Below, one piece after another: positions 53,136 through 60,673 of a DNA stretch of 64,000 nt (position 1 is its first letter; each line of letters begins with the position of its first letter). Location of the stretch: the NCBI GenBank assembly GCA_963790255.1, contig CAWBOA010000003.1, forward strand, positions 319,730 through 383,729. Direction: 5' to 3'. The DNA is from an uncultured Chloroflexia bacterium. Its GTDB lineage: Bacteria > Chloroflexota > Limnocylindria > QHBO01. The position numbers were made by a program, and so were the translations under genes. Below the pieces are notes generated by a model. It made no database searches. It saw only the letters and a program-made list of their open reading frames with translations, and had not been told where the DNA came from.

Positions 53136-53561
53136 TCAGCTCCCGGGTCGAGGTACGGCGAACGCCTCGAGCAGCTCGGTCGGCACGCGGGCTGGCCGCC
53201 CGTCGGCAAGCCTGACCCAGACCCACTCGCTCGCCACCTCCGCCAGCAGCGTCCCCGCGCCGGCCAGCCGCATCTCGGTGTGCCGCGTGCCGCGCACGCC
53301 GCCGATGCCGGTCACGCGCACGGTGAGCTCGATCTCGTCGCCACGCCGTGCCGGCTGGTGATACGTGACCTCGTGGCGCCGGACGAGCCACGCCCCGCCG
53401 CGGGCGATGCTCCACTCGCGCCCGAAGCCGGCCGCCTCCGCGTGCTCCGCGGTCAGCTGCTCGGCCCACTGGAGGTAGACGGCGTTGTTGACGTGGCCGT
53501 TCTCGTCCACCTCGTACGTGCGGACCCGCCACCGCTGGCTGAACTCGAGGTTGTCGTCCAT
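53136..53561 (-). CDS. acyl-CoA thioesterase (4HBT/YbgC-like hotdog fold)
   Basis: RVRTYEVDENGHVNNAVYLQWAEQ is the characteristic 4HBT N-terminal catalytic region. Confidence 0.8.
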   Translation of the reverse strand: MDDNLEFSQRWRVRTYEVDENGHVNNAVYLQWAEQLTAEHAEAAGFGREWSIARGGAWLVRRHEVTYHQPARRGDEIELTVRVTGIGGVRGTRHTEMRLAGAGTLLAEVASEWVWVRLADGRPARVPTELLEAFAVPRPGS

Positions 53562-53625
53562 CGGTGGCCAGTGTACGGACGCATCCGCCGCCGCACGAGC
53601 CGGCCGGCGTCGAGTGCGATAATCG

Positions 53626-55155
53626 ATGGCGATGACCCTGACCAAGAAGCCGGAGCGCCGCCCGGCGGCCGCCTCGTGGGGCCTGGCCGCGGGCGAGAAC
53701 CCGTGGGAGTACGCCCCGGCGCCGGAAGCGACCGACCACATCCGCATCGAGCCCGAATACGGGCTCTTCGTCGGCAACGAGTTCCGGCCGTCGAAGCCGC
53801 GCAAGACCTTCACCGTCATCAACCCCGCCACCGAGGAGCCGCTGGCGAAGGTTGCGCACGCCTCGAAGGCGGATGTCAACCGCGCGGTGGCCACGGCGCA
53901 CGAGGCGCATCGGTCCAGCTGGTCGAAGCTGCCGGGCCGCGAGCGCGCGAAATACCTGTACCGCATCGCCCGCATCCTCCAGGAGCGAAGCCGCGAGTTC
54001 GCCGTCGTCGAGAGCATGAACTCCGGCAAGCCGATCAAGGAGTCGCGCGACGTCGACGTGCCCCTCGCCGCCGCCCACTTCTTCTACTACGCCGGCTGGG
54101 CCGACAAGCTCGACTACGCGTTCCCGAACCGCCGCCCGCGGTCCCTCGGCGTCGCGGCCCAGGTGATCCCGTGGAACTTCCCGCTCCTCATGCTGGCCTG
54201 GAAGATTGCGCCGGCGCTGGCCGCCGGCAACACGGTCATCCTGAAGCCCGCGTCGACGACCCCGCTCACGGCCTACCTCTTCGCCGATGTCGTGCGCCAG
54301 GCCGACCTGCCGCCCGGCGTCGTGAACATCATCACCGGGCCGGGTGAGATCGGGATGGAGCTGGTCACGCATCCTGATGTCAGCAAGGTCGCCTTCACCG
54401 GCTCGACCGGCGTCGGCAAGATGATCGCTCGCGCCGTGGCCGGGACCGGAAAGAAGGTCACCCTCGAGCTCGGCGGCAAGGCGGCGAACATCGTCTTCGA
54501 CGATGCGCCGCTCGACCAGGCCATCGAGGGCATCATCAACGGCATCTACTTCAACCAGGGCGAGGTCTGCTGCGCAGGGAGCCGCCTCTTCGTGCAGGAG
54601 TCGGTCTACGAGCCGCTCATCGACAAGCTCAAGGCGCGGCTGTCCACCCTGCGCGTCGGCGACCCGCTCGACAAGAACACCGACGTCGGCGCCATCAACT
54701 CGGCCGGTCAGCTGGCCAAGGTCCAGGAGCTCGTTGACTCGGGGATCGCCGAGGGTGCGGAGATCTTCCAGCCCGCCTGCGAGCTGCCCGACAAGGGGTT
54801 CTTCTTCCGCCCGACGCTCTTCACCGGGGTCTCCCAGTCGCACCGTATCGCGCAGGAGGAGATCTTCGGGCCGGTCCTCTCGGTCCTCACCTTCAGGACG
54901 CCCGAGGAGGCCATCGAGAAGGCCAACAACACGCCATACGGGCTGTCCGCGGGCGTGTGGACCGAGAAGGGAAGCCGGATCTTCAAGATGGTCTCGGCAA
55001 TGCGCGCCGGCGTCGTCTGGGCCAACACCTTCAACCGGTTCGACCCGACCTCGCCGTTCGGCGGGTACAAGGAGTCCGGATACGGCCGTGAGGGCGGCAT
55101 CCACGGCCTCGGCGCGTACCTCGATCTGTCCGGCGACGCGGCGAACGGCCGATGA
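53626..55155 (+). CDS. aldehyde dehydrogenase family protein (full length)
   Basis: VIPWNFPLLMLAWKIAPALAAGNT..LKPA, FTGSTGVGK, LELGGKAAN, GEVCCAGSR (catalytic Cys), EEIFGPV. Confidence 0.92.
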   Translation: MAMTLTKKPERRPAAASWGLAAGENPWEYAPAPEATDHIRIEPEYGLFVGNEFRPSKPRKTFTVINPATEEPLAKVAHASKADVNRAVATAHEAHRSSWSKLPGRERAKYLYRIARILQERSREFAVVESMNSGKPIKESRDVDVPLAAAHFFYYAGWADKLDYAFPNRRPRSLGVAAQVIPWNFPLLMLAWKIAPALAAGNTVILKPASTTPLTAYLFADVVRQADLPPGVVNIITGPGEIGMELVTHPDVSKVAFTGSTGVGKMIARAVAGTGKKVTLELGGKAANIVFDDAPLDQAIEGIINGIYFNQGEVCCAGSRLFVQESVYEPLIDKLKARLSTLRVGDPLDKNTDVGAINSAGQLAKVQELVDSGIAEGAEIFQPACELPDKGFFFRPTLFTGVSQSHRIAQEEIFGPVLSVLTFRTPEEAIEKANNTPYGLSAGVWTEKGSRIFKMVSAMRAGVVWANTFNRFDPTSPFGGYKESGYGREGGIHGLGAYLDLSGDAANGR

Positions 55156-55180
55156 TCCGGCCGAGGACGGTGGCCGCCTG

Positions 55181-56170
55181 ATGGCCCGAGCCAGCCGCCG
55201 CGTGACGAAGCCACGGACGGCGTCTCGCGCATCGGTGCTGGAGCAGCGCGCGCTGCACCCACCGGCCACCACGAACGGCGCGCCGCCACGCGGCGACCGG
55301 CTCGAGGTGCGAAAGACCTACAAGCTCTACATCGGCGGCGCGTTCCCGCGCACCGAGTCCGGCCGTGCCTACGAGATCTTCGGCGCAAAGGGGGAGCCAC
55401 TCGCCAACGCGTCGCGTGGGACGCGAAAGGACATTCGTGACGCGGTTCGGGCCGCGCGGACGGCGCAGCCGGAGTGGGCCGCCAAGACGGCCTATAACCG
55501 CTCCCAGATCCTGTACCGGATCGCCGAGCTGATGGAGGGCCGCCACGACCAGTTCGTGGCCGAGGTGATCGCCGCCGAGGGCTCAACGCGCCCCCGCGCT
55601 GCGCGGCTCGTCGACGCGGCCATCGATCGATGGGTCTGGTATGCCGGATGGGCGGACAAGTACCCGCAGATGATCGGCACGGTGAACCCCGTGGCCGGAA
55701 GCTACTTCAACTTCAGCGTTCCGGAGCCGACGGGCGTGGTCGGCATCATCGCGCCCGAAGAGTCGTCGCTCCTCGGCCTCGTCAGCCGCCTGGCGCCGGC
55801 CATCGTGAGCGGGAATGCGGCCGTCGTCATCGCGTCGGAGCGGCGTCCGTTGCCGGCCGTGACCCTGACGGAGGTGCTGGCCACCTCCGACGTCCCCGGC
55901 GGCGTCGTCAACCTCGTCACCGGCCTGCGGCGCGAGCTTGTCGGCCACCTCGCCAGTCACATGGACGTCAACGGGCTCGACGCCTTCGGCGCGTCACCCG
56001 ACGAGTCAGCCGGACTCGAGGAGGCCGCCGTCGAGAACGTCAAGCGCTTCGTGCGGCCGCCGAGCGCCGGCCTCTCACGCTACGACTGGCTGGCGGAGGC
56101 CGCGCAGTCGCCGTACCTCATCGGCGAGTTCGTCGAGATCAAGACGGTCTGGCACCCGATCGGGGCCTGA
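55181..56170 (+). CDS. aldehyde-dehydrogenase-like protein lacking the catalytic domain
   Basis: The N-terminal and cofactor-binding part is ALDH-like (YKLYIGG...IIAPEESSLLGLVSRLAPAIVSGNAAVVIASE...VPGGVVNLVTG). The sequence then jumps to an ALDH-type C-terminal strand (EFVEIKTVW). No ELGGK or catalytic Cys segment is present. Confidence 0.7.
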   Translation: MARASRRVTKPRTASRASVLEQRALHPPATTNGAPPRGDRLEVRKTYKLYIGGAFPRTESGRAYEIFGAKGEPLANASRGTRKDIRDAVRAARTAQPEWAAKTAYNRSQILYRIAELMEGRHDQFVAEVIAAEGSTRPRAARLVDAAIDRWVWYAGWADKYPQMIGTVNPVAGSYFNFSVPEPTGVVGIIAPEESSLLGLVSRLAPAIVSGNAAVVIASERRPLPAVTLTEVLATSDVPGGVVNLVTGLRRELVGHLASHMDVNGLDAFGASPDESAGLEEAAVENVKRFVRPPSAGLSRYDWLAEAAQSPYLIGEFVEIKTVWHPIGA

Positions 56171-56756
56171 CGCTCCCGTCGGCTCGGGCCCGGGCGCGGT
56201 GCCGAGCAACCTTGGCTCGGTTGCCGCAGGTGGACATGTCGCACCAGCGACGCCGTCCGGCCGGGGAACGATCAACGAAGAGCCACGTGCAGCCGTCGCA
56301 GACGCGCAGGCGGCTCTGGTCGTGGTCGGCGAGGTAGTGCGCCAGTGAGCCGGCGACCGCGGAGCGCGCCTGGTCGAGCTCATCGCCCACCTGGGTCACG
56401 CTGAAACGAGCGCCGCCACGCTCGGCGCGGAGGGAGTGGTAGTGGAGCCCATCGCGCATGACGCGGTTGATTGCCGCCACCTGCTCTCGTGTCGGAGGCC
56501 GATCCCGCTCGGCGCGTGCGGCCACCGCGCGCACGAGCGCGCGCAGGTCACGGAAGGCGGGGAGGTGGCGGGCAAGCCGCGCCCGTGACGGCGACGCCGC
56601 GACGTAGCCGCGGCGCGTCAGCCAGTCGCCCAGGGATGGAAGCTCGCGATCGGGGTCAGGACGATCCGGATCAGCAAGGCGGGAGGTGTTGGCGAAGTCG
56701 ACGAAGAGCTCAGGCTCGACGTCCGGCTCGTGCGGTTGGTCGTGCAGCTCTGACAT
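56139..56756 (-). CDS. CGNR zinc-finger (ABATE domain) putative regulator
   Basis: C-terminal RLRVCDGCTWLFVDRSPAGRRRWCDMSTCGNRAKV is the zf-CGNR signature. Confidence 0.85.
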   Translation of the reverse strand: MSELHDQPHEPDVEPELFVDFANTSRLADPDRPDPDRELPSLGDWLTRRGYVAASPSRARLARHLPAFRDLRALVRAVAARAERDRPPTREQVAAINRVMRDGLHYHSLRAERGGARFSVTQVGDELDQARSAVAGSLAHYLADHDQSRLRVCDGCTWLFVDRSPAGRRRWCDMSTCGNRAKVARHRARARADGSVRPRSGARPS

Positions 56757-56761
56757 GGCAA

Positions 56762-56842
56762 TGTAACCATATCATAGGCATTGACAAGTTACTACGGCAC
56801 GCCTAGACTGCTGTAACCAGATCAAGAACGTCGAGCAGTTAC
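56762..56842. repeat. two 50-bp-spaced operator-like units (TGTAACCAnATCA ... AGTTAC)
   Basis: TGTAACCATATCA (56762-56774) and TGTAACCAGATCA (56812-56824). AGTTAC occurs at 56787-56792 and 56837-56842. Each unit is a GTAAC-N20-GTTAC inverted repeat. Confidence 0.6.
56781..56809 (+). promoter_or_regulatory. sigma-70-type promoter
   Basis: TTGACA (56781-56786), 17 nt, then TAGACT (56804-56809), in an AT-richer island of a high-GC genome. Confidence 0.65.
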
Positions 56843-56856
56843 GATTGGAGCCGAAC

Positions 56857-56967
56857 ATGGAAGGCCTGATGATCATCCTGGTACTGACGTCATTCGTCCT
56901 GGCATCGTTTGTCGGCGGCGCCGACAGCCGGCCGCGGATCGACGACGAGCCACGGCGAGCGATCTGA
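56857..56967 (+). CDS. mini-ORF, 36-aa membrane peptide (not in the supplied ORF track)
   Basis: GGAG lies 6 nt upstream. MEGLMIILVLTSFVLASFVGGADSRPRIDDEPRRAI is one TM helix plus a charged tail. Confidence 0.45.
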   Translation: MEGLMIILVLTSFVLASFVGGADSRPRIDDEPRRAI

Positions 56968-56974
56968 GGCAGCC

Positions 56975-57145
56975 ATGGAACGCCATCGATTCCGATCGAC
57001 CAGCATCGTCGACATCCAGGCCGAGCTGCATGAGTCCGACCTCCTCCGCGAGGCCCGCGAGCGAAACGCCCCCCGGCGGCCGAAGCCGCGCTCGCGCGGC
57101 CTGCTCGGCGGGCTGAGCCTGCTGGGGCGCCGGATCATCGGCTAG
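56975..57145 (+). CDS. mini-ORF, 56-aa basic protein
   Basis: ATG 56975 lies 5 nt after GAGG, which overlaps the mini-ORF1 stop. MERHRFRSTSIVDIQAELHESDLLREARERNAPRRPKPRSRGLLGGLSLLGRRIIG. Confidence 0.4.
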   Translation: MERHRFRSTSIVDIQAELHESDLLREARERNAPRRPKPRSRGLLGGLSLLGRRIIG

Positions 57146-57182
57146 ACGGCACTTCTGCCGGCCGGCCGTAGAATGGCCGGCA

Positions 57183-58934
57183 ATGCCTCGACCGCGGAGC
57201 GTGTCGCGCACGGACGACACGGTCATCAGCAACTCGGAGCTGGCCCGGATCTTCAACGAGATCGGCGACATGCTCGAGATCCTCGGGGAGGTCGTCTACA
57301 AGGCGGTCGCGTACCGCCGCGTCGCCGACGCGGTCGAGCGCTACCCGGACGATGTCGCGGCGCTCTATCGCCGAGGTGAGCCGCCGAAGATCACGGGTGC
57401 CGGGGAAGCGCTGAGCGCAAAGCTCGCCGAGCTCGCGGAGACCGGTCGACTCGAGTATCACGAGCGGCTGCGTGCGCAGGTGCCCGATGGCCTGCTCGAG
57501 ATGCTCCGCGTGCCCGGTGTCGGGCCGAAGACGGTCAGGCTCCTGCACACCGAGCTCGGTCTCGACTCGCTCGACGCGCTGCGCGCGGCCGCGGAGAGCG
57601 GCCAGCTGCGATCCGTCAAGGGCCTCTCGGAGCGCACGGAGCACAACGTCCTCGACGGCATCGCCCGGCTTGGGCGCCGCTCGACGCGCCTCCTGCTGCA
57701 TGACGCCGATGCCCTCGTCGGCGAGCTGGTCGCCTTCCTGCGCGACCTGTCCGGGGTGCGGCGCGTGGCCCCGGCGGGCTCGCTGCGCCGGAGGCGGGTC
57801 ACGATCGGCGACCTCGACATCCTGGCCGCGGTCGATGACCCGGCGGGCGTGATCGCGGCCCTCGACGCCCTTCCCGTGGTCGACAAGGTCATCTCGGCCG
57901 GCACCGACAAGTCGAGCATCATCCTGCGTGACGGCCCGAGGGTCGACCTCATGGTCTGCCCTCCCGCGGCGTGGGGGAGCCACCTCGTCCACTTCACCGG
58001 CAGCCCGGACCACAACATCGCGCTGCGGGGGATGGCCCTCGATCGCGGCTGGTCGCTGTCCGAGAAGGGCTTCAAGGTCATCGAGACCGGCGAGCTCCTG
58101 CTTGACGCCGAGGAGGCTGACGTCTACGAGCGCCTCGGCCTGCCCTGGATCGCGCCGGAGCTGCGGGAGGGTGACGGCGAGGTCGAGGCGGCGCGAGCCG
58201 GCACGCTGCCCGCCCTGGTCAGCCACGACGACGTGCGCGGCGACACCCACACGCATTCGAACTGGACCGATGGCGTGGACTCGATCGAGGTCATGGCGCG
58301 CGCCGCGCGCGACCTCGGCCACGAGTACATCGTGCTGACCGACCACTCGCCATCGCTCGGCGTGGCGCGCGGCCTGCTGCCCGAGCGCGTCGAGGAGCAG
58401 CGCCTCGAGATCGGGCGCGTGAACGCCGAGCTCGCGCCGTTCCGCGTCCTGCACGGCACCGAGCTCGAGATCCGCGCCGATGCCACGCTCGACTACCCGG
58501 ACGAGCTCCTGGCGCGCTTCGACGTGGTCATCGCGAGCATCCACACCGGCCGCGGCCAGTCATCGGAGCAGCTCACCCGACGAGCCCTCGCCGCGCTCGA
58601 GCATCCGCACGTCGACGTCCTGGCCCATCCGTCGGGCCGGATCGTGAACGGACGCGACCCGCTGCCGCTGGACTGGCCGAGGCTGTTCGAGGCGGCGGCC
58701 CGAAGCGGCACGGCGCTCGAGATCAACGGCAGCCCGCGGCTCGACCTCGACGACTCGCTGGCGCGTGCGGCGGGCCGGGCCGGCGCGCGCCTCACCCTCG
58801 CCTCGGATGCCCACCGCACCGAGGAGCTCGGCCAGCAGCGCTACGCGGTCGATCTCGCGCGCCGCGCCTGGCTCGAGGCCGGCCAGCTGCTCGCCACGCG
58901 ATCGGCGGACGATCTGCTCGAGATGCTGCGGTGA
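57183..58934 (+). CDS. polX: DNA polymerase X family protein with C-terminal PHP domain
   Basis: N-terminal HhH/8-kDa region (NSELARIFNEIGDMLEILG...YRRVA), GVGPKT, the palm motif GSLRRRRVTIGDLDIL, and PHP His/Asp motifs (GDTHTHSNWTDG...LTDHSP). A TAGAAT -10 box lies 8 nt upstream of the ATG. Confidence 0.9.
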   Translation: MPRPRSVSRTDDTVISNSELARIFNEIGDMLEILGEVVYKAVAYRRVADAVERYPDDVAALYRRGEPPKITGAGEALSAKLAELAETGRLEYHERLRAQVPDGLLEMLRVPGVGPKTVRLLHTELGLDSLDALRAAAESGQLRSVKGLSERTEHNVLDGIARLGRRSTRLLLHDADALVGELVAFLRDLSGVRRVAPAGSLRRRRVTIGDLDILAAVDDPAGVIAALDALPVVDKVISAGTDKSSIILRDGPRVDLMVCPPAAWGSHLVHFTGSPDHNIALRGMALDRGWSLSEKGFKVIETGELLLDAEEADVYERLGLPWIAPELREGDGEVEAARAGTLPALVSHDDVRGDTHTHSNWTDGVDSIEVMARAARDLGHEYIVLTDHSPSLGVARGLLPERVEEQRLEIGRVNAELAPFRVLHGTELEIRADATLDYPDELLARFDVVIASIHTGRGQSSEQLTRRALAALEHPHVDVLAHPSGRIVNGRDPLPLDWPRLFEAAARSGTALEINGSPRLDLDDSLARAAGRAGARLTLASDAHRTEELGQQRYAVDLARRAWLEAGQLLATRSADDLLEMLR

Positions 58935-59731
58935 TCGGCCGGATCTTCGCCGATCGGCGGCGGCTCGCCCTCATTCGCCGCATCGACCGGCCGGCGGCCG
59001 TGATCGTCGCCGTCATCCAGGCGCTCGTGGCGGCGGTCGGCTGGTTCGCGGACCCGCTCGTGCTCGCCGTCGCGACCGCCACGCAGCTCGGGCTGGGCGG
59101 CCTGGCCGCGGTGTACGTCATCGGGCCCGCTCGATCGGACCTCGGGCTGGCGCGCTACGCGATGCCGTCGGTCGCCGGGATCGCGGCCACACTCTTCGGC
59201 CGGCTCATTCCCGGCGGCCTGAGCCTGCTGCTCGTTCCCATCGTCGCCGTGCTGCTGTGGTCGATCACCTACCTCGAGCTGCGCATCGAGCGCGGGACCG
59301 GGGGCCGGACCATCGGCGAGCTCCTCCTGACGGCGATCGTGTTCACGGCCGCGGCGGGGCTGCTCAACCTGTTCGGCCCGCGGGCGTGGCCCACGCCGCT
59401 CCTGCTCGTCGCCGGCCTGGCGCTGCCCGTGGCGCTCCGGTCCGCGGAGGCCCGCGGCACGATGGGCGTCGAGGCCGTCGGCCAGGCCCTCCTCCACCTC
59501 CTGGTGGTCACTCAGGTCGGGGCGGCGGCGATCCTCCTCAACCTCACGACCGTGGTCATGGCCGCCCTCATGGCGCTCGGCTTCTATACCTGGGCCGGCG
59601 CCGTCGACGCGCTCCGCGGCGGCGCGTCCGGGCGCGCGGTGGCCACCGAGTACGGCTCGCTGATGGTCCTCGGGCTGGTCGTCGGGCTGCTGGCATCCGC
59701 TCTCGGGGGGACGGCGACAGGGCCGCGTTGA
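58931..59731 (+). CDS. hypothetical polytopic membrane protein
   Basis: The GTG start overlaps the polX stop (GTGA). There are about 7 hydrophobic spans. I recognise no family. Confidence 0.5.
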   Translation: MIGRIFADRRRLALIRRIDRPAAVIVAVIQALVAAVGWFADPLVLAVATATQLGLGGLAAVYVIGPARSDLGLARYAMPSVAGIAATLFGRLIPGGLSLLLVPIVAVLLWSITYLELRIERGTGGRTIGELLLTAIVFTAAAGLLNLFGPRAWPTPLLLVAGLALPVALRSAEARGTMGVEAVGQALLHLLVVTQVGAAAILLNLTTVVMAALMALGFYTWAGAVDALRGGASGRAVATEYGSLMVLGLVVGLLASALGGTATGPR

Positions 59732-59818
59732 CACCCCCCATGGCCGGTGGTACAAGAGGGCGCCCTCGGCCGGCCCGGCCGTTCTGAATGACCATCATCG
59801 GAGGCGCCCACAACGCTT

Positions 59819-60667
59819 ATGGCGCTTGGAGAAGCCGATACGACCACGCGGCAGCGCCGCCAGCTGAGCGAGGCCGCCATCGCGCAGGCCACGCGTGGCG
59901 AGTGGGAAGCCGCCGTCGAGACCAACCGCGAGCTCCTCGAGCTCGGTCCGGACATCGATGCCTACAACCGGCTCGGCAAGGCCCTCGCCGAGCTCAATCG
60001 CCATGCTGAGGCGCTCGAGGCATACGAGCAGGCGCTCGAGCGCGACGCGACGAACCGCATCGCCCAGCGCAACGTCGAGCGGCTGCGTGTGCTCATGGCC
60101 GCCGATCGGCCGGCGCCAAACGGCAAGCGCCGGAGCGACAAGGCCCGGACCGACAAGGCCCCGGCCACCCTCTTCATCGAGGAGATGGGCAAGACGGGCC
60201 GCGCCCGGCTCATCAACCTGGCGACGACGCGCATCCTGGCCCCCCTCTCGCCCGGCGACGCGGTCGACCTCGAGGCCGGCGGCGACGAGCTGGTGGCGCG
60301 CGTCGGCGGCTCGCCGATCGGCGCGGTCGAGCCCCGGATCGCCGCGCGCCTTCTGAAGCTGATCGCCGGCGGCAACCGCTACGAGGCGGCCATCACGACC
60401 GTCCACGAGGCCGGCGGTGAGCTGACGATCATCATCCGCGAGGTCTTCACCCACCCGTCGAACTTCGGCAAGGTCTCCTTCCCGACGGTCGCCTCGGGCG
60501 GAGGTGGCGTCAGACCGTACATGAAGGGCAGCGCGCTTCGCTACGATGACGAGGACGAGGTGGAGGAGGCCGACGAGGACTCGGAGGAGGTCGAGGAGCT
60601 CGACACGACCCTTCCGGAGTACTCCGGCGAGCCCGAGCTCGAAGAGGAGCTGGTAGAAGAGCCTTAG
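59819..60667 (+). CDS. TPR-repeat protein with a C-terminal globular domain and poly-acidic tail
   Basis: TPR-like WEAAVETNRELLELGPDIDAYNRLGKALAELNRHAEALEAYEQALERD. The central domain is GDAVDLEAGGDELVARVGGSPIGAVEPRIAARLLKLIAGGNRYEAAI. The tail is DDEDEVEEADEDSEEVEELD...EEELVEEP. Confidence 0.6.
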   Translation: MALGEADTTTRQRRQLSEAAIAQATRGEWEAAVETNRELLELGPDIDAYNRLGKALAELNRHAEALEAYEQALERDATNRIAQRNVERLRVLMAADRPAPNGKRRSDKARTDKAPATLFIEEMGKTGRARLINLATTRILAPLSPGDAVDLEAGGDELVARVGGSPIGAVEPRIAARLLKLIAGGNRYEAAITTVHEAGGELTIIIREVFTHPSNFGKVSFPTVASGGGGVRPYMKGSALRYDDEDEVEEADEDSEEVEELDTTLPEYSGEPELEEELVEEP

Positions 60668-60673
60668 CGACTG

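Noticed and set aside
60541-60664. A GAG/GAC-rich low-complexity DNA stretch at the end of the TPR gene, considered as a possible tandem repeat or slippage tract.
   Set aside because: It encodes a continuous in-frame poly-acidic tail (DDEDEVEEADEDSEEVEELD...EEELVEEP). It is not a perfect nucleotide tandem repeat.
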